A DNA stretch of 12,976 nucleotides from Naegleria gruberi (taxonomy: Eukaryota): assembly GCA_000004985.1 (NCBI GenBank), contig GG738998.1; one strand, given 5' to 3'. Positions 1 through 8,078 of this stretch are shown piece after piece. Below the pieces are notes generated by a model. It searched no databases, was not told where the DNA came from, and saw only the letters and a program-made list of their open reading frames with translations. Both the position numbers and the translations under genes were made by a program. The first letter of the stretch is position 1, and each line of letters opens with the position of its first letter.

Positions 1-241
1 GTGTCACTTCTCTCCCTCGTTTCTCAGCAAAAGTGACACCTTTGGAATGTTTATGAACATCATCCAATTCTACTTCAACTGCATCCACAGCCACCTCCAT
101 TTCATTATCATTCCTTATTGTCATCTTGTTGGGTGAACTAGAATCATGTTGTTGTTGTATATGATGATTATTCATAGCACTCGACATTGTCTCCTCATCC
201 AGCGACGAATTACTTGTAGTACTTCCATTATTTGGCTCCAT
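1..241 (-). CDS. 5' portion of a gene running off the left window edge (ATG at 241-239); N/S/Q/H-rich low-complexity N-terminus, product unknown
   Basis: Reverse-complement reading from ATG at 241 is open for 80 codons to the window edge (MEPNNGSTTSNSSLDEETMSSAMNNHHIQQQHDSS...). The 6-frame track omits it because it has no in-window stop. An 80-codon open frame is unlikely by chance at this AT content. No domain recognised. Confidence 0.35.
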   Translation of the reverse strand, partial: MEPNNGSTTSNSSLDEETMSSAMNNHHIQQQHDSSSPNKMTIRNDNEMEVAVDAVEVELDDVHKHSKGVTFAEKRGREVT

Positions 242-891
242 TGGCAGCAACAGTGTTGTTGTTTGTTTTTTTCTTCTTGGTTTTCATGATCGCTCAATGA
301 TGATGATTGATAACAAATTGGCACAAAATAGTTGTTCGTCCTTCCTAGTTGAGTTTTTTGAGGTTTTATCAGTGGGTTTCATTTTTTTATGAGGATGTAG
401 AAAGAGCGGGAAAATTTGTTTGTTGCTTATTGGGGAGGATTAGTTGACCTATTAGAAGAATGTTCTGAAATGATGGTAATGGGATTGAGTTTTTTCATTG
501 CACAACAAATTAATAGTATGAAGTTCACCCGTTTTGTGCTGCACAGCTTATCATTGGCTTTCTGAAAAATGTCAAATGATGTTAAGTCCACACCAGTATG
601 CGATACTGGGGTCCGAGCCATACCAAATCATACCACTAGCTTGCTGTGCGTGGAATTACAATGCATCTATTGTAGTGGAATATTGTCGAAAAGTTGAAAA
701 TTTGTTTGAAAATGAAAAATGATTGAACAATTTTTTGTAAACCACTACAGAAATACCCAATTAATAGGCATTCGTAATAAAAATCTAGTATTTGTCATTG
801 ATTTTTACATGACACAATAGTGTCAACGGAAGGGAATTATTAACTCCGAATTTTAAACATCCCTCCGATAAAGAAAAAAACTGTAAAAAAA

Positions 892-1746
892 ATGCATCAA
901 CACGGAAAGCTCAGACGGGTGGTTATTTTGTTCACCTTCACTCTCATCATGATGTTGGTCATGGGACAAGAAACAGCCAAGACCAAACTCTTCAAGAATA
1001 TGATTTCCCGAACTCAAAATAATCAAAATTATAAAGGAAGTACTAAAATCGGAAGTGTTCAAGATGGAGTTTGGACCAATGTTTTCCAATTATTTGGATT
1101 CCGTTCAGCAAATAATCAAACAGATACTGATAATAATCCAAAATTTATTTCATTATTCTATGATGGAATTCATCAGAGAATGAGAATGGATGGAGCTGGT
1201 TTGGGAGGCCCTGCAGCTCAACTCTCTTCCACATCAGTTTTGTTTGAAATTTTGAGATATTATATGAATGTTGTGAGTGTTGATTTTTGTATCTTTGAAC
1301 ATTTGCATCCTAATTCTACTGCTTATGGAGCTAGAGTTTTCCCATTCAGTGGAAAGGGTACTGTGGCTGAAGGAGGATTCACTGTTGCCAAATATTCTGG
1401 AGCTAAATTGATTCAAAGTAATGCTATTCTTGAACCATCCAATTTGATTAATGGAATGCAAAAGAGAGTTTGTAATGTCTATAATTTGGATGGAAAGTCT
1501 GATCTTGCTATTGGTCTTGGATTTTACTTGTTCAATTATCAAGGACCTACCTATGTTGACATGACTTATTATGAAGATGCCAAGACAGGACAACCAGTAA
1601 GATTTGAAATGAAAGATTTGGGAGGTTTTAAGGGAATTACCTCTTGGGATGTATTGAATTTCCAATTCTTTAGTGATAAGGATGATTCTGCTAATGTATT
1701 TTCCAAAGATTTATTCTACTGGAATGCCAAACCAACTTGTCATTAA
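892..1746 (+). CDS. Secreted/membrane-anchored protein of unknown function (284 aa) with an N-terminal hydrophobic signal/anchor
   Basis: 284-codon uninterrupted ORF with an A-run start context (aaaaaaaATG). Residues 9-25 (VVILFTFTLIMMLVMG) are hydrophobic, consistent with a signal peptide. The stop overlaps an AATAAA motif (1744-1749). No recognisable family motif. Confidence 0.6.
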   Translation: MHQHGKLRRVVILFTFTLIMMLVMGQETAKTKLFKNMISRTQNNQNYKGSTKIGSVQDGVWTNVFQLFGFRSANNQTDTDNNPKFISLFYDGIHQRMRMDGAGLGGPAAQLSSTSVLFEILRYYMNVVSVDFCIFEHLHPNSTAYGARVFPFSGKGTVAEGGFTVAKYSGAKLIQSNAILEPSNLINGMQKRVCNVYNLDGKSDLAIGLGFYLFNYQGPTYVDMTYYEDAKTGQPVRFEMKDLGGFKGITSWDVLNFQFFSDKDDSANVFSKDLFYWNAKPTCH

Positions 1747-1983
1747 TAAAATATAACCTGAATTATTTCAGATATCTTACTCTTTTATTTAAGGAATACT
1801 TTCTGCTATTACACATAATTGAAATGTTGCTCTACTAGAAGAGCTTTAGGATATTCAAGTGTAAAATTTTACTTGTATGGGGGTTTGTTTTTCATCAATT
1901 ATCCAACTTGATTATCCGAAAGTTTGAATTTTCTTTAAATAGCTGAAGAATAGTAGAGATCCTCAACAATAACAACAAAAAGA

Positions 1984-2181
1984 ATGCAAGCCTTGGTTAT
2001 TGAAGATTACTGTATCCAACCAAATTTTAAACTAGTTTCGGATTTTGAAAAACCATCCAAGTTGAAAGAAAATCAAGTTTTGGTCAAGTTGAAAGCAGCT
2101 TCGGTCAACCCAGTCGATTACAAAATGAGAAACGGAGCCACAAGGAAAGCAACTCCAGTCAAATTTCCAACGACGCTATTG
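1984..2181 (+). CDS. Exon 1 of MDR-superfamily (zinc-type ADH / quinone oxidoreductase-like) gene; GroES-like N-terminal segment
   Basis: MQALVIEDY...QVLVKLKAASVNPVDYKMRNG matches the N-terminal consensus of MDR quinone-oxidoreductase-like enzymes (eVLVkv.AaslNpvDyk.r.G). A GTAAAA donor at 2182 ends the exon in phase 0. Confidence 0.55.
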
Positions 2182-2258
2182 GTAAAATATTAGATCAAGA
2201 GGGTGAACATTCGTTTAACAATCAACCTTTGACTCCTCCATTCGAAACTTCCAAAAAG

Positions 2259-2930
2259 AAAGAGTTGAAAATTCTCATATTAGGTGCTTCTGGAGGAACT
2301 GGTTTGAGTGCTTGTTTGATAGCTAAACAATTCCTTTCCCTATATTTCCAAACAAAGGTTTATGCTGTTTGTTCTGAGAGAAATATTGACATTGTTACAA
2401 AAATGGGAGCAGATGTTGTCATTGACTATACAAAAACATCATCCAAACCTAGAATAGATGGTGAATCTGAAAATCTGAAGAGTATTTGTCAAACCATTAA
2501 GGAAGACCATGGAGATTCTTATGTGGATATTGTATTGGATTGTGTTGGTGGAACTGAAATGTATTATCGTGACGTTTGCAATAATTTTGAGTGTAAGAAA
2601 GCAAGAGATGGTGTTGCATTCACAACCATTTCACCAAATGTTCCATTCGAACCAAATATGGGACTTTCTTCTTTGATGAAAATTGGATATTTTGTAGTTT
2701 CTAATAAGATTAAGTCATTATCGAGTGCTTATCCATCCTTCCACTTTGTTTTCATGGATAAGAACGTAAAAGATATGAATTTACTGATGAATCATATTGT
2801 AATTTCGAATCAAGTTTACAATCAACTTCCACTGATGGAATTTGAATTTTCTGCTCAAGGATTAAACGATGCACATAAACAAATGGAATCTCAAAGAACA
2901 GTTGGTAAAATCGTTATCAAAATTCAATAA
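2259..2930 (+). CDS. Exon 2 of MDR-superfamily oxidoreductase; Rossmann-fold NAD(P)-binding domain through C-terminus
   Basis: KILILGASGGTGLSACLIAK...MGADVVIDY is the classic GxxGxxG Rossmann motif of MDR enzymes. The C-terminal TVGKIVIKI is also typical. Acceptor AAAAAG at 2257-2258 keeps phase 0, giving a 77-nt intron (2182-2258). Stop is TAA at 2928-2930, with AATAAA immediately downstream. Confidence 0.6.
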   Translation, partial: KELKILILGASGGTGLSACLIAKQFLSLYFQTKVYAVCSERNIDIVTKMGADVVIDYTKTSSKPRIDGESENLKSICQTIKEDHGDSYVDIVLDCVGGTEMYYRDVCNNFECKKARDGVAFTTISPNVPFEPNMGLSSLMKIGYFVVSNKIKSLSSAYPSFHFVFMDKNVKDMNLLMNHIVISNQVYNQLPLMEFEFSAQGLNDAHKQMESQRTVGKIVIKIQ

Positions 2931-3135
2931 ATAACATCTTTGTTCAAGTTGACTTTGTGTGTAATCTTCACAGTAACGGAATTGGATTATATTCCAAACA
3001 ACTATTTCCAAATCAAGAAGGAATTGTTAAATTCGAATAATTTCATTGGCTTGAAAGTTAAAAATTGGTAATTCCAATCATTCGTTTGTAAGTAAGCGAA
3101 GGCAAGTTAATCTTTCAGTAGTTTCCCATTATTGT
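2926..3135 (-). pseudogene. Degenerate fragment homologous to the 3' (kinase C-lobe) part of the ankyrin-kinase gene at about 4722-4910
   Basis: Roughly 80% nucleotide similarity with indels to 4722-4910. Shared strings include 'ttggattatattccaaacaactatttcc', 'cttcattggcttga', 'aattccaat.attcgtttgt', 'gcaagttaatctttca' and 'ttcaataaat'. The minus-strand reading gives ERLTCLRLLTNE then a stop, versus the intact ERLTCFLSTNELLELF in the real gene. Confidence 0.5.
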
Positions 3136-3197
3136 GAACACCAATGAACAAATTCACCTTTAATTTTAATGATGCTGAATAATTCTTACAAAAAAAA

Positions 3198-4171
3198 ATG
3201 GAAGCAACAAGTGCACAATTAAATAATCCTTTTAGTGTTTTTGTTTCATCAAATAATGAAGTTTTTATTGCTGACTATAACAATCAAAGCATTAGAAAAG
3301 TATTACAAAATGGAAATATTGTAACAATAGCTGGAAATGGAGATAAAGGATTTAGTGGTGATAATTGTCTAGCAACAAGTGCACAATTAAATAATCCTAT
3401 TGGTGTTTTTGTTTCATCAATGAAGTTTATATTTCTGACTATTGTAATCATGTAATTAGAAAGATTTTACAAAATGGAACTATTGTAACAATTGCTGGAA
3501 ATGGAAAACCTGGATTCGGTGGTGATAATGGCCTAGCAACAAATGCACAGTTGAATTACCCTAGAAATGTATATGTTTCATCAAATAATGAAGTTTATAT
3601 TGCTGACTTTTGTAATCAAAGAATTAGAAAAGTATTACAAAATGGAAATATTATAACAATAGCTGGAAATGGAACTAAAGGATTTAGTGGTGATAATGGT
3701 CCTGCAACAAATGCACAATTAAATGGTCCTGCAGGCGTTTTTGTTTCAAATAATGAAGTCTATATTGCTGACTATAGTAATCATGTAATTAGAAAGATTT
3801 CACAAAATGGAACTATTGTAACTATAGCTGGAAATGGAAAACCTGGATTCAGTGGTGATAATGGACTTGCAACAAATGCACAATTATATAATCCTTCAGG
3901 CACTTTTGTTTCATCAAATAATGAAGTTTATATTTCTGATTGTTTTAATCATGTAATTAGAAAGATTTCACAAAATGGAACTATTGTAACAATTGCTGGA
4001 AATGGGAAAGGAGGATTCAGTGGTGATAATGGTCCTGCAACAAATGCACAATTATATAGTCCTTTAGGTGTTTTTGTTTCCTCAGATAATGAAGTTTATA
4101 TATCTGACTGTTTTAATCATAGAATTAGAAAAGTATTACATAATGGAAATATTGTAACAATAGCTGGAAAT
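3198..4171 (+). CDS. NHL-repeat (six-bladed beta-propeller type) protein; at least 6 tandem 55-56 aa repeats; 1-nt frameshift near 3419-3421; 3' end lost in N-gap
   Basis: Repeated unit ATNAQLxxPxGVFVSSNNEVYIADxxNHxIRKIxQNGTIVTIAGNGxxGFSGDNG recurs every 165-168 bp. The Y/F-V-(A/S)-D ... I-R-K-I ... G-x-I-x-T-I-A-G pattern is the NHL-repeat signature. Start context is aaaaaaaaATG. A single-A deletion in 'tcatcaaatgaagtt' shifts frame 0 to frame 2 (ORFs 3198-3455 and 3551 onward). The ORF runs into the 450-N gap. Confidence 0.6.
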
Positions 4172-4621
4172 NNNNNNNNNNNNNNNNNNNNNNNNNNNNN
4201 NNNNNNNNNNNNNNNNNNNNNNNNNNNNNNNNNNNNNNNNNNNNNNNNNNNNNNNNNNNNNNNNNNNNNNNNNNNNNNNNNNNNNNNNNNNNNNNNNNNN
4301 NNNNNNNNNNNNNNNNNNNNNNNNNNNNNNNNNNNNNNNNNNNNNNNNNNNNNNNNNNNNNNNNNNNNNNNNNNNNNNNNNNNNNNNNNNNNNNNNNNNN
4401 NNNNNNNNNNNNNNNNNNNNNNNNNNNNNNNNNNNNNNNNNNNNNNNNNNNNNNNNNNNNNNNNNNNNNNNNNNNNNNNNNNNNNNNNNNNNNNNNNNNN
4501 NNNNNNNNNNNNNNNNNNNNNNNNNNNNNNNNNNNNNNNNNNNNNNNNNNNNNNNNNNNNNNNNNNNNNNNNNNNNNNNNNNNNNNNNNNNNNNNNNNNN
4601 NNNNNNNNNNNNNNNNNNNNN
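4172..4621. other. Assembly gap (450 N)
   Basis: Run of n characters. ORF-track proteins containing X-runs across it are artefacts. Confidence 0.99.
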
Positions 4622-5028
4622 AAAATTGATCTTTTTTCATTAGTTTGAATTGTTTGTAATGTTGGAACTAATTTCCTTTTTTTGGAAGGTTGTTCTTTTT
4701 GTTCATTTTGTAAAATGTTTGCTGTTAATTTCAATAAATGTTTTTGTAATTCCGCAAATGATGGTCTTGATTTTGGATTATATTCCAAACAACTATTTCC
4801 TATTCTAATAACTTCATTGGCTTGATTGAGTGTTAAACAAGGAAATAATTCCAATAATTCGTTTGTTGAGAGAAAGCAAGTTAATCTTTCATTATTTTCA
4901 ATGTGTTTTTGAGAAAATAATTCATACATTGTAACTCCAAAACTGTAAACATCCAATGCCGTGAGAAGATATTCTTTTTGGAAATCTTTCGGTTTGTGTT
5001 GCATTCGTTTTTCATAAATTTCAGGAGC
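4622..5028 (-). CDS. Ankyrin-repeat Ser/Thr protein kinase, exon 3 (kinase subdomains VIII-XI and C-terminal tail; 3' end in gap)
   Basis: After splicing the protein reads ...TIGGTFQYM|APEIYEKRMQHKP...DVYSFGVTMYELFS..., the canonical GT..YMAPE and D.WS.G subdomains. Acceptor TTCTAAAG ends at 5029-5030 on the minus strand. The ORF continues into N-gap 4172-4621. Confidence 0.7.
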
Positions 5029-5076
5029 CTTTAGAAAGTAAATTCTTAGATTGAATTAAATGAGACAAAACTTACC

Positions 5077-6050
5077 ATGTATTGAAAGGTTCCTCCAATG
5101 GTTGCTGAATAGGTTTCCACTTTATCAACAGAAACTGAAACATCAAAATCAGCAATTTTCACATCTTTTACCAATTTCAATCCATCAATTTCAATCATAT
5201 TAATTAAAATATTAGCAGGTTTAATATCATAATGAATAATCTTCCTTTCATGAAAATATTTCAAAGTTTCACAACATTTCATGCAAATAAATAAATATTG
5301 AATTAAAATTCCAAAATTATTCACTCCAAAATTAGTCAATTTTGTTGAACACTTATCCAATGAACTATTCATCAATTCCAAAAATAAATGCGTAGTTCCA
5401 GATTCGTCAATATAATGATACAATAATTTAACTGTTCCTTCACAAGTGTTGATTTTCTTCAAGATTTCCAATTCATTTTCTCCAGTATTATTCGAAACCT
5501 TCTCTAAAACTTCCAATCCATTCAATTTAACAATTGCCAGTGCATTCTTTTCAGTATTCGAAATGGGTTTTCTACAACTTCTATCAATCATTGGATTTTG
5601 TAATTCTTGAATTTGAATCATTGTTGGAATTACAATTGGACAACTGTTTGCTACTCGTTCTGCAAATGTTTTCACAACGTATTCTTCCCAACATTCAGGG
5701 ATTGCTTGTTTAAATGCAAGTATTTTGCTTACTGACATGGGATTTGGAATTAACTGATTGCTGACACTTTCTAATAATGATTTGAAAGCAGAAGAATATT
5801 CGAAATATTGACAAAATACATCTTGTGAATTTGACGGATGATTCCCAATGTTGAAATGAATTCCACCAGAACCATCAATTAGAAATCCATCGAAACAATT
5901 AGAATGATTGTAAAGTAATTTCGAATATAAATATTTGATCCAATATTTCCTTCGTAGTTCAGTGGAAATGTGGTTATTCTTCATTAACAGTGTTGCAGTT
6001 TCGTATTGTTCGTTTCTAATAGCTACTTCTAATAGAGTTTCTCCTTCTCG
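5077..6050 (-). CDS. Ankyrin-repeat Ser/Thr protein kinase, exon 2 (ankyrin repeat end and kinase N-lobe through the activation segment)
   Basis: Contains AIVKL (beta3 Lys), ENELEILKKI (alphaC Glu), HYDIKPANILI (catalytic loop; HYD instead of HRD), KIADFD (DFG replaced by DFD) and GTFQYM. The GTAAGT donor is reverse-complement at 5071-5076, giving a 48-nt intron (5029-5076). The exon begins after a CCAG acceptor (6051-6054 reverse-complement). Confidence 0.75.
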
Positions 6051-6147
6051 CTGGTCATTAGTTTAGAATTCTGCTTTCGAATAAAACTTACATTTCTCTT
6101 TAATACAAAACGATGATTAATTATTATGATTAACAATAATTACATAC

Positions 6148-6453
6148 AACATTAAAATCAATATTCGGAACCTGTGTCAATAATTCTATAATTTCGTGTG
6201 CGCTTTCTTTGACAGCTGTCATTAATATTGTTTCTCCCAGTACCGAATTATTATTGATGATCAAATGAAGTTTCAGACTTTTCAAAGTTTCCAAATCCTG
6301 ATCACAAATGGCAGCTCTAGCAGTATAAATAGAGTGAAATATTTCATCCGAAACATTATTGGAAAGTGTAGGTGAGTTAGCAGTTGGTGATGAGCTTATA
6401 TTGAAAAGTGAAGGAAGTGCAGAGGTTGGTGATGAAGTCCAATTATTGTACAT
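6148..6453 (-). CDS. Ankyrin-repeat Ser/Thr protein kinase, exon 1 (N-terminal S/T/N-rich region and ankyrin repeats)
   Basis: Start context aaaaaaaaATG (reverse-complement of 6453-6461). ...GETILMTAVKESAHEIIELLTQVPNIDFNV joins REGETLLEVAIRNEQYETATLLMKNNH in exon 2 (ankyrin consensus G.T.L..A....n.e....LL). A GTATGT donor at 6147-6142 and the CCAG acceptor give a 97-nt phase-0 intron (6051-6147). The unspliced ORF hits a stop at 6130. Confidence 0.65.
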
Positions 6454-7117
6454 TTTTTTTGTACTTGGCCTTCAAAAAAGTTCAGAAATAAATTCAATAT
6501 TATTCTAGTTCGAAACGTTTCGAATGTACATCTTCTCCTTGAGCATTCTTAAATAATTGAATCAATGTTAAAAAACTTTTCGAAAAGACATCATCTACTA
6601 ATTTTATTATTTAAACAATGAATGGTGGAATGTGAGCAAAGCAATTTAATGTAGATTGAAATAAACACACCAAGAATAAAACAAATTGAAAATTTATTGA
6701 AAATTGTTGTGTATCAAGTTTGAAAATCAGCAAGATTTCCTACCTTGAAATTTACCATGTTGGAAAATTCACTGTTAGTGATGGTGTGATGATGATGACC
6801 ATTAAGATATTGGCCTTAATGATCGGAAGCGAACTTGCTGATGATAAAAGATATGATGAAGTGAAAATTCCACAACTCTATGAATACAAAGTGGAACAAT
6901 TCCAACTCTCTTGATGGTGATATTAGACATCCCTACTAATGATACTATGTTGTTGAAATTCAATCATCATGATGAAAATATATGGTGAATGATGAATACA
7001 CCAACAAGGTGAAAACTCACCAAAATTAAAAAGGTAATGAATTTATTAGACAGGAATTTATAGGTCATAAAGACAAACGTTACTTTCCAGCTCACAAAAA
7101 TCGTCAAAAGTCAACCT

Positions 7118-7540
7118 CCCGCTCATTTTTGTTGACGCATGTTTTGACGATTTTATAGTCATGAATGACGCCTTTGTTTATGCTTGTTAAGGTGTCATTG
7201 GGACGGTGTTGTGGACGTCAAAATGACGTTTTTTTTCGTCATTTTGACGGTGTCAATTTGAGAGTCATTAAGACGTCAAAAAAAGCGTCCTCAATGACGT
7301 CTCAAAAAGTGTCTCCAATGACGTTGCAGAATGATTATTAATTTTTGATAAATTGAAATTTTATTGAACTATTCATAATTCTTACAAGTTGGAAATCTTT
7401 CATCTTGAACCATTTCACACTGAGTGAAACTCAATGCTGTGAAAGATTCACACCGTGTGAATTAATATTGTAAAAGATTTCACACCATCAAAGATGACAA
7501 GGAAATTGACAAGAGTTTCTTTAAAAACGGAAATAAAATT
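7118..7540 (+). repeat. Copy A of transposon left arm (begins with the 12-bp terminus CCCGCTCATTTT; truncated by N-gap)
   Basis: 7118-7499 is base-for-base identical to 8079-8460 (offset 961) through 'gagtttctt'. The last roughly 20 bp differ by small indels before the gap at 7541. Flanks upstream of the two copies are unrelated, so this is not a tandem duplication of locus sequence. Confidence 0.85.
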
Positions 7541-7590
7541 NNNNNNNNNNNNNNNNNNNNNNNNNNNNNNNNNNNNNNNNNNNNNNNNNN
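7541..7590. other. Assembly gap (50 N, conventional unknown-size gap)
   Basis: Run of n characters immediately after repeat copy A. Likely a repeat-induced contig break. Confidence 0.99.
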
Positions 7591-7937
7591 TTTAATAATT
7601 TACTGTATGGATTATTTTCCAAATTTTTCGAATGTTTTGGATTATTTCTAATAAGATACATGGCAATCCAATTAATCGGATCGATCTTTGAGTAGATAGT
7701 ACTCTTTAATTTTTCATATTCTTGTTCCTCTTCCGATTTCGGATCAACTGTTGAATACTCCTTTAATAAGGATTGAAAAGCAGGAATCAGCACTCCCAAA
7801 ATATTTTCCTCCAAATAAAACGACAGCTCATCGCCACCCTCCCGAGCCAATCTAATGGTTGTTTCATCCTCTCCGAGCGATTCCTCAACATGAAAATTGT
7901 ATTCGTGATGAAGAGGCGAAGCAAAGTGCTTTTTCAT
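7591..7937 (-). CDS. Dpy-30/RIIa-like dimerisation-docking domain protein (3' end in gap)
   Basis: ATG at 7937 in an aaaaaaATG context. SFYLEENILGVLIPAFQSLLKE plus DPINWIAMYLIRNNP resemble the two helices of the Dpy-30 motif (YL...V.P.L..GL..L ... DPI.FLA.YLL.N), with about 25 aa inserted between them. The ORF is open into the gap at 7590. Confidence 0.5.
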
Positions 7938-8078
7938 TTTTTTAAATTATTTTTATCGTAGTTATTTTTGGCGCCATTTTAGTCAATCTGAATGGTAATT
8001 AGTTTAAGATCATAAAATATTAGAATTCAAAGAAGTAAGCGAGCGAGTGATAAATATTTTCATTTTGTTTGCCCACTA

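Noticed and set aside
1-39. 9-bp inverted repeat GTGTCACTT ... AAGTGACAC at the window start
   Set aside because: Lies inside a probable coding region and could form only a weak hairpin with a 21-nt loop. No supporting context.
404-416. 'gagcggg aaaattt', a partial match (7/12) to the terminus AAAATGAGCGGG / CCCGCTC
   Set aside because: No flanking TGACG motifs and the homology does not extend. A 7-mer match is expected by chance once or twice in 13 kb.
427-722. Short ORFs 427-621 (minus) and 534-722 (plus) in the first intergenic region
   Set aside because: 62-64 aa, overlapping each other, Cys/His-odd composition, no start context. More likely a non-coding or small-RNA region (see finding).
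1274-1334. GTGAGT...CTAG candidate intron inside the secreted-protein ORF
   Set aside because: Its length of 61 nt would shift the frame. The ORF reads through in frame with no stop, so it is exon.
3551-5004. Three ORF-track entries (3551-4648 plus, 4117-5004 minus, 4125-4640 minus) that read through the 450-N gap
   Set aside because: Translating N as X makes artificial open frames. The real CDSs stop at the gap edges (NHL gene to 4171, kinase exon from 4622).
8074-8078. The pentamer CACTA lies immediately 5' of left-arm copy B (gcccaCTAcccgctc), which would fit a CACTA-element terminus
   Set aside because: The other two terminus occurrences are preceded by unrelated bases (aacct|cccgctc at 7118 and, on the right end, ggg|ctttag). 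The conserved boundary is therefore CCCGCTC, and the CACTA looks coincidental. Only more copies can settle it.
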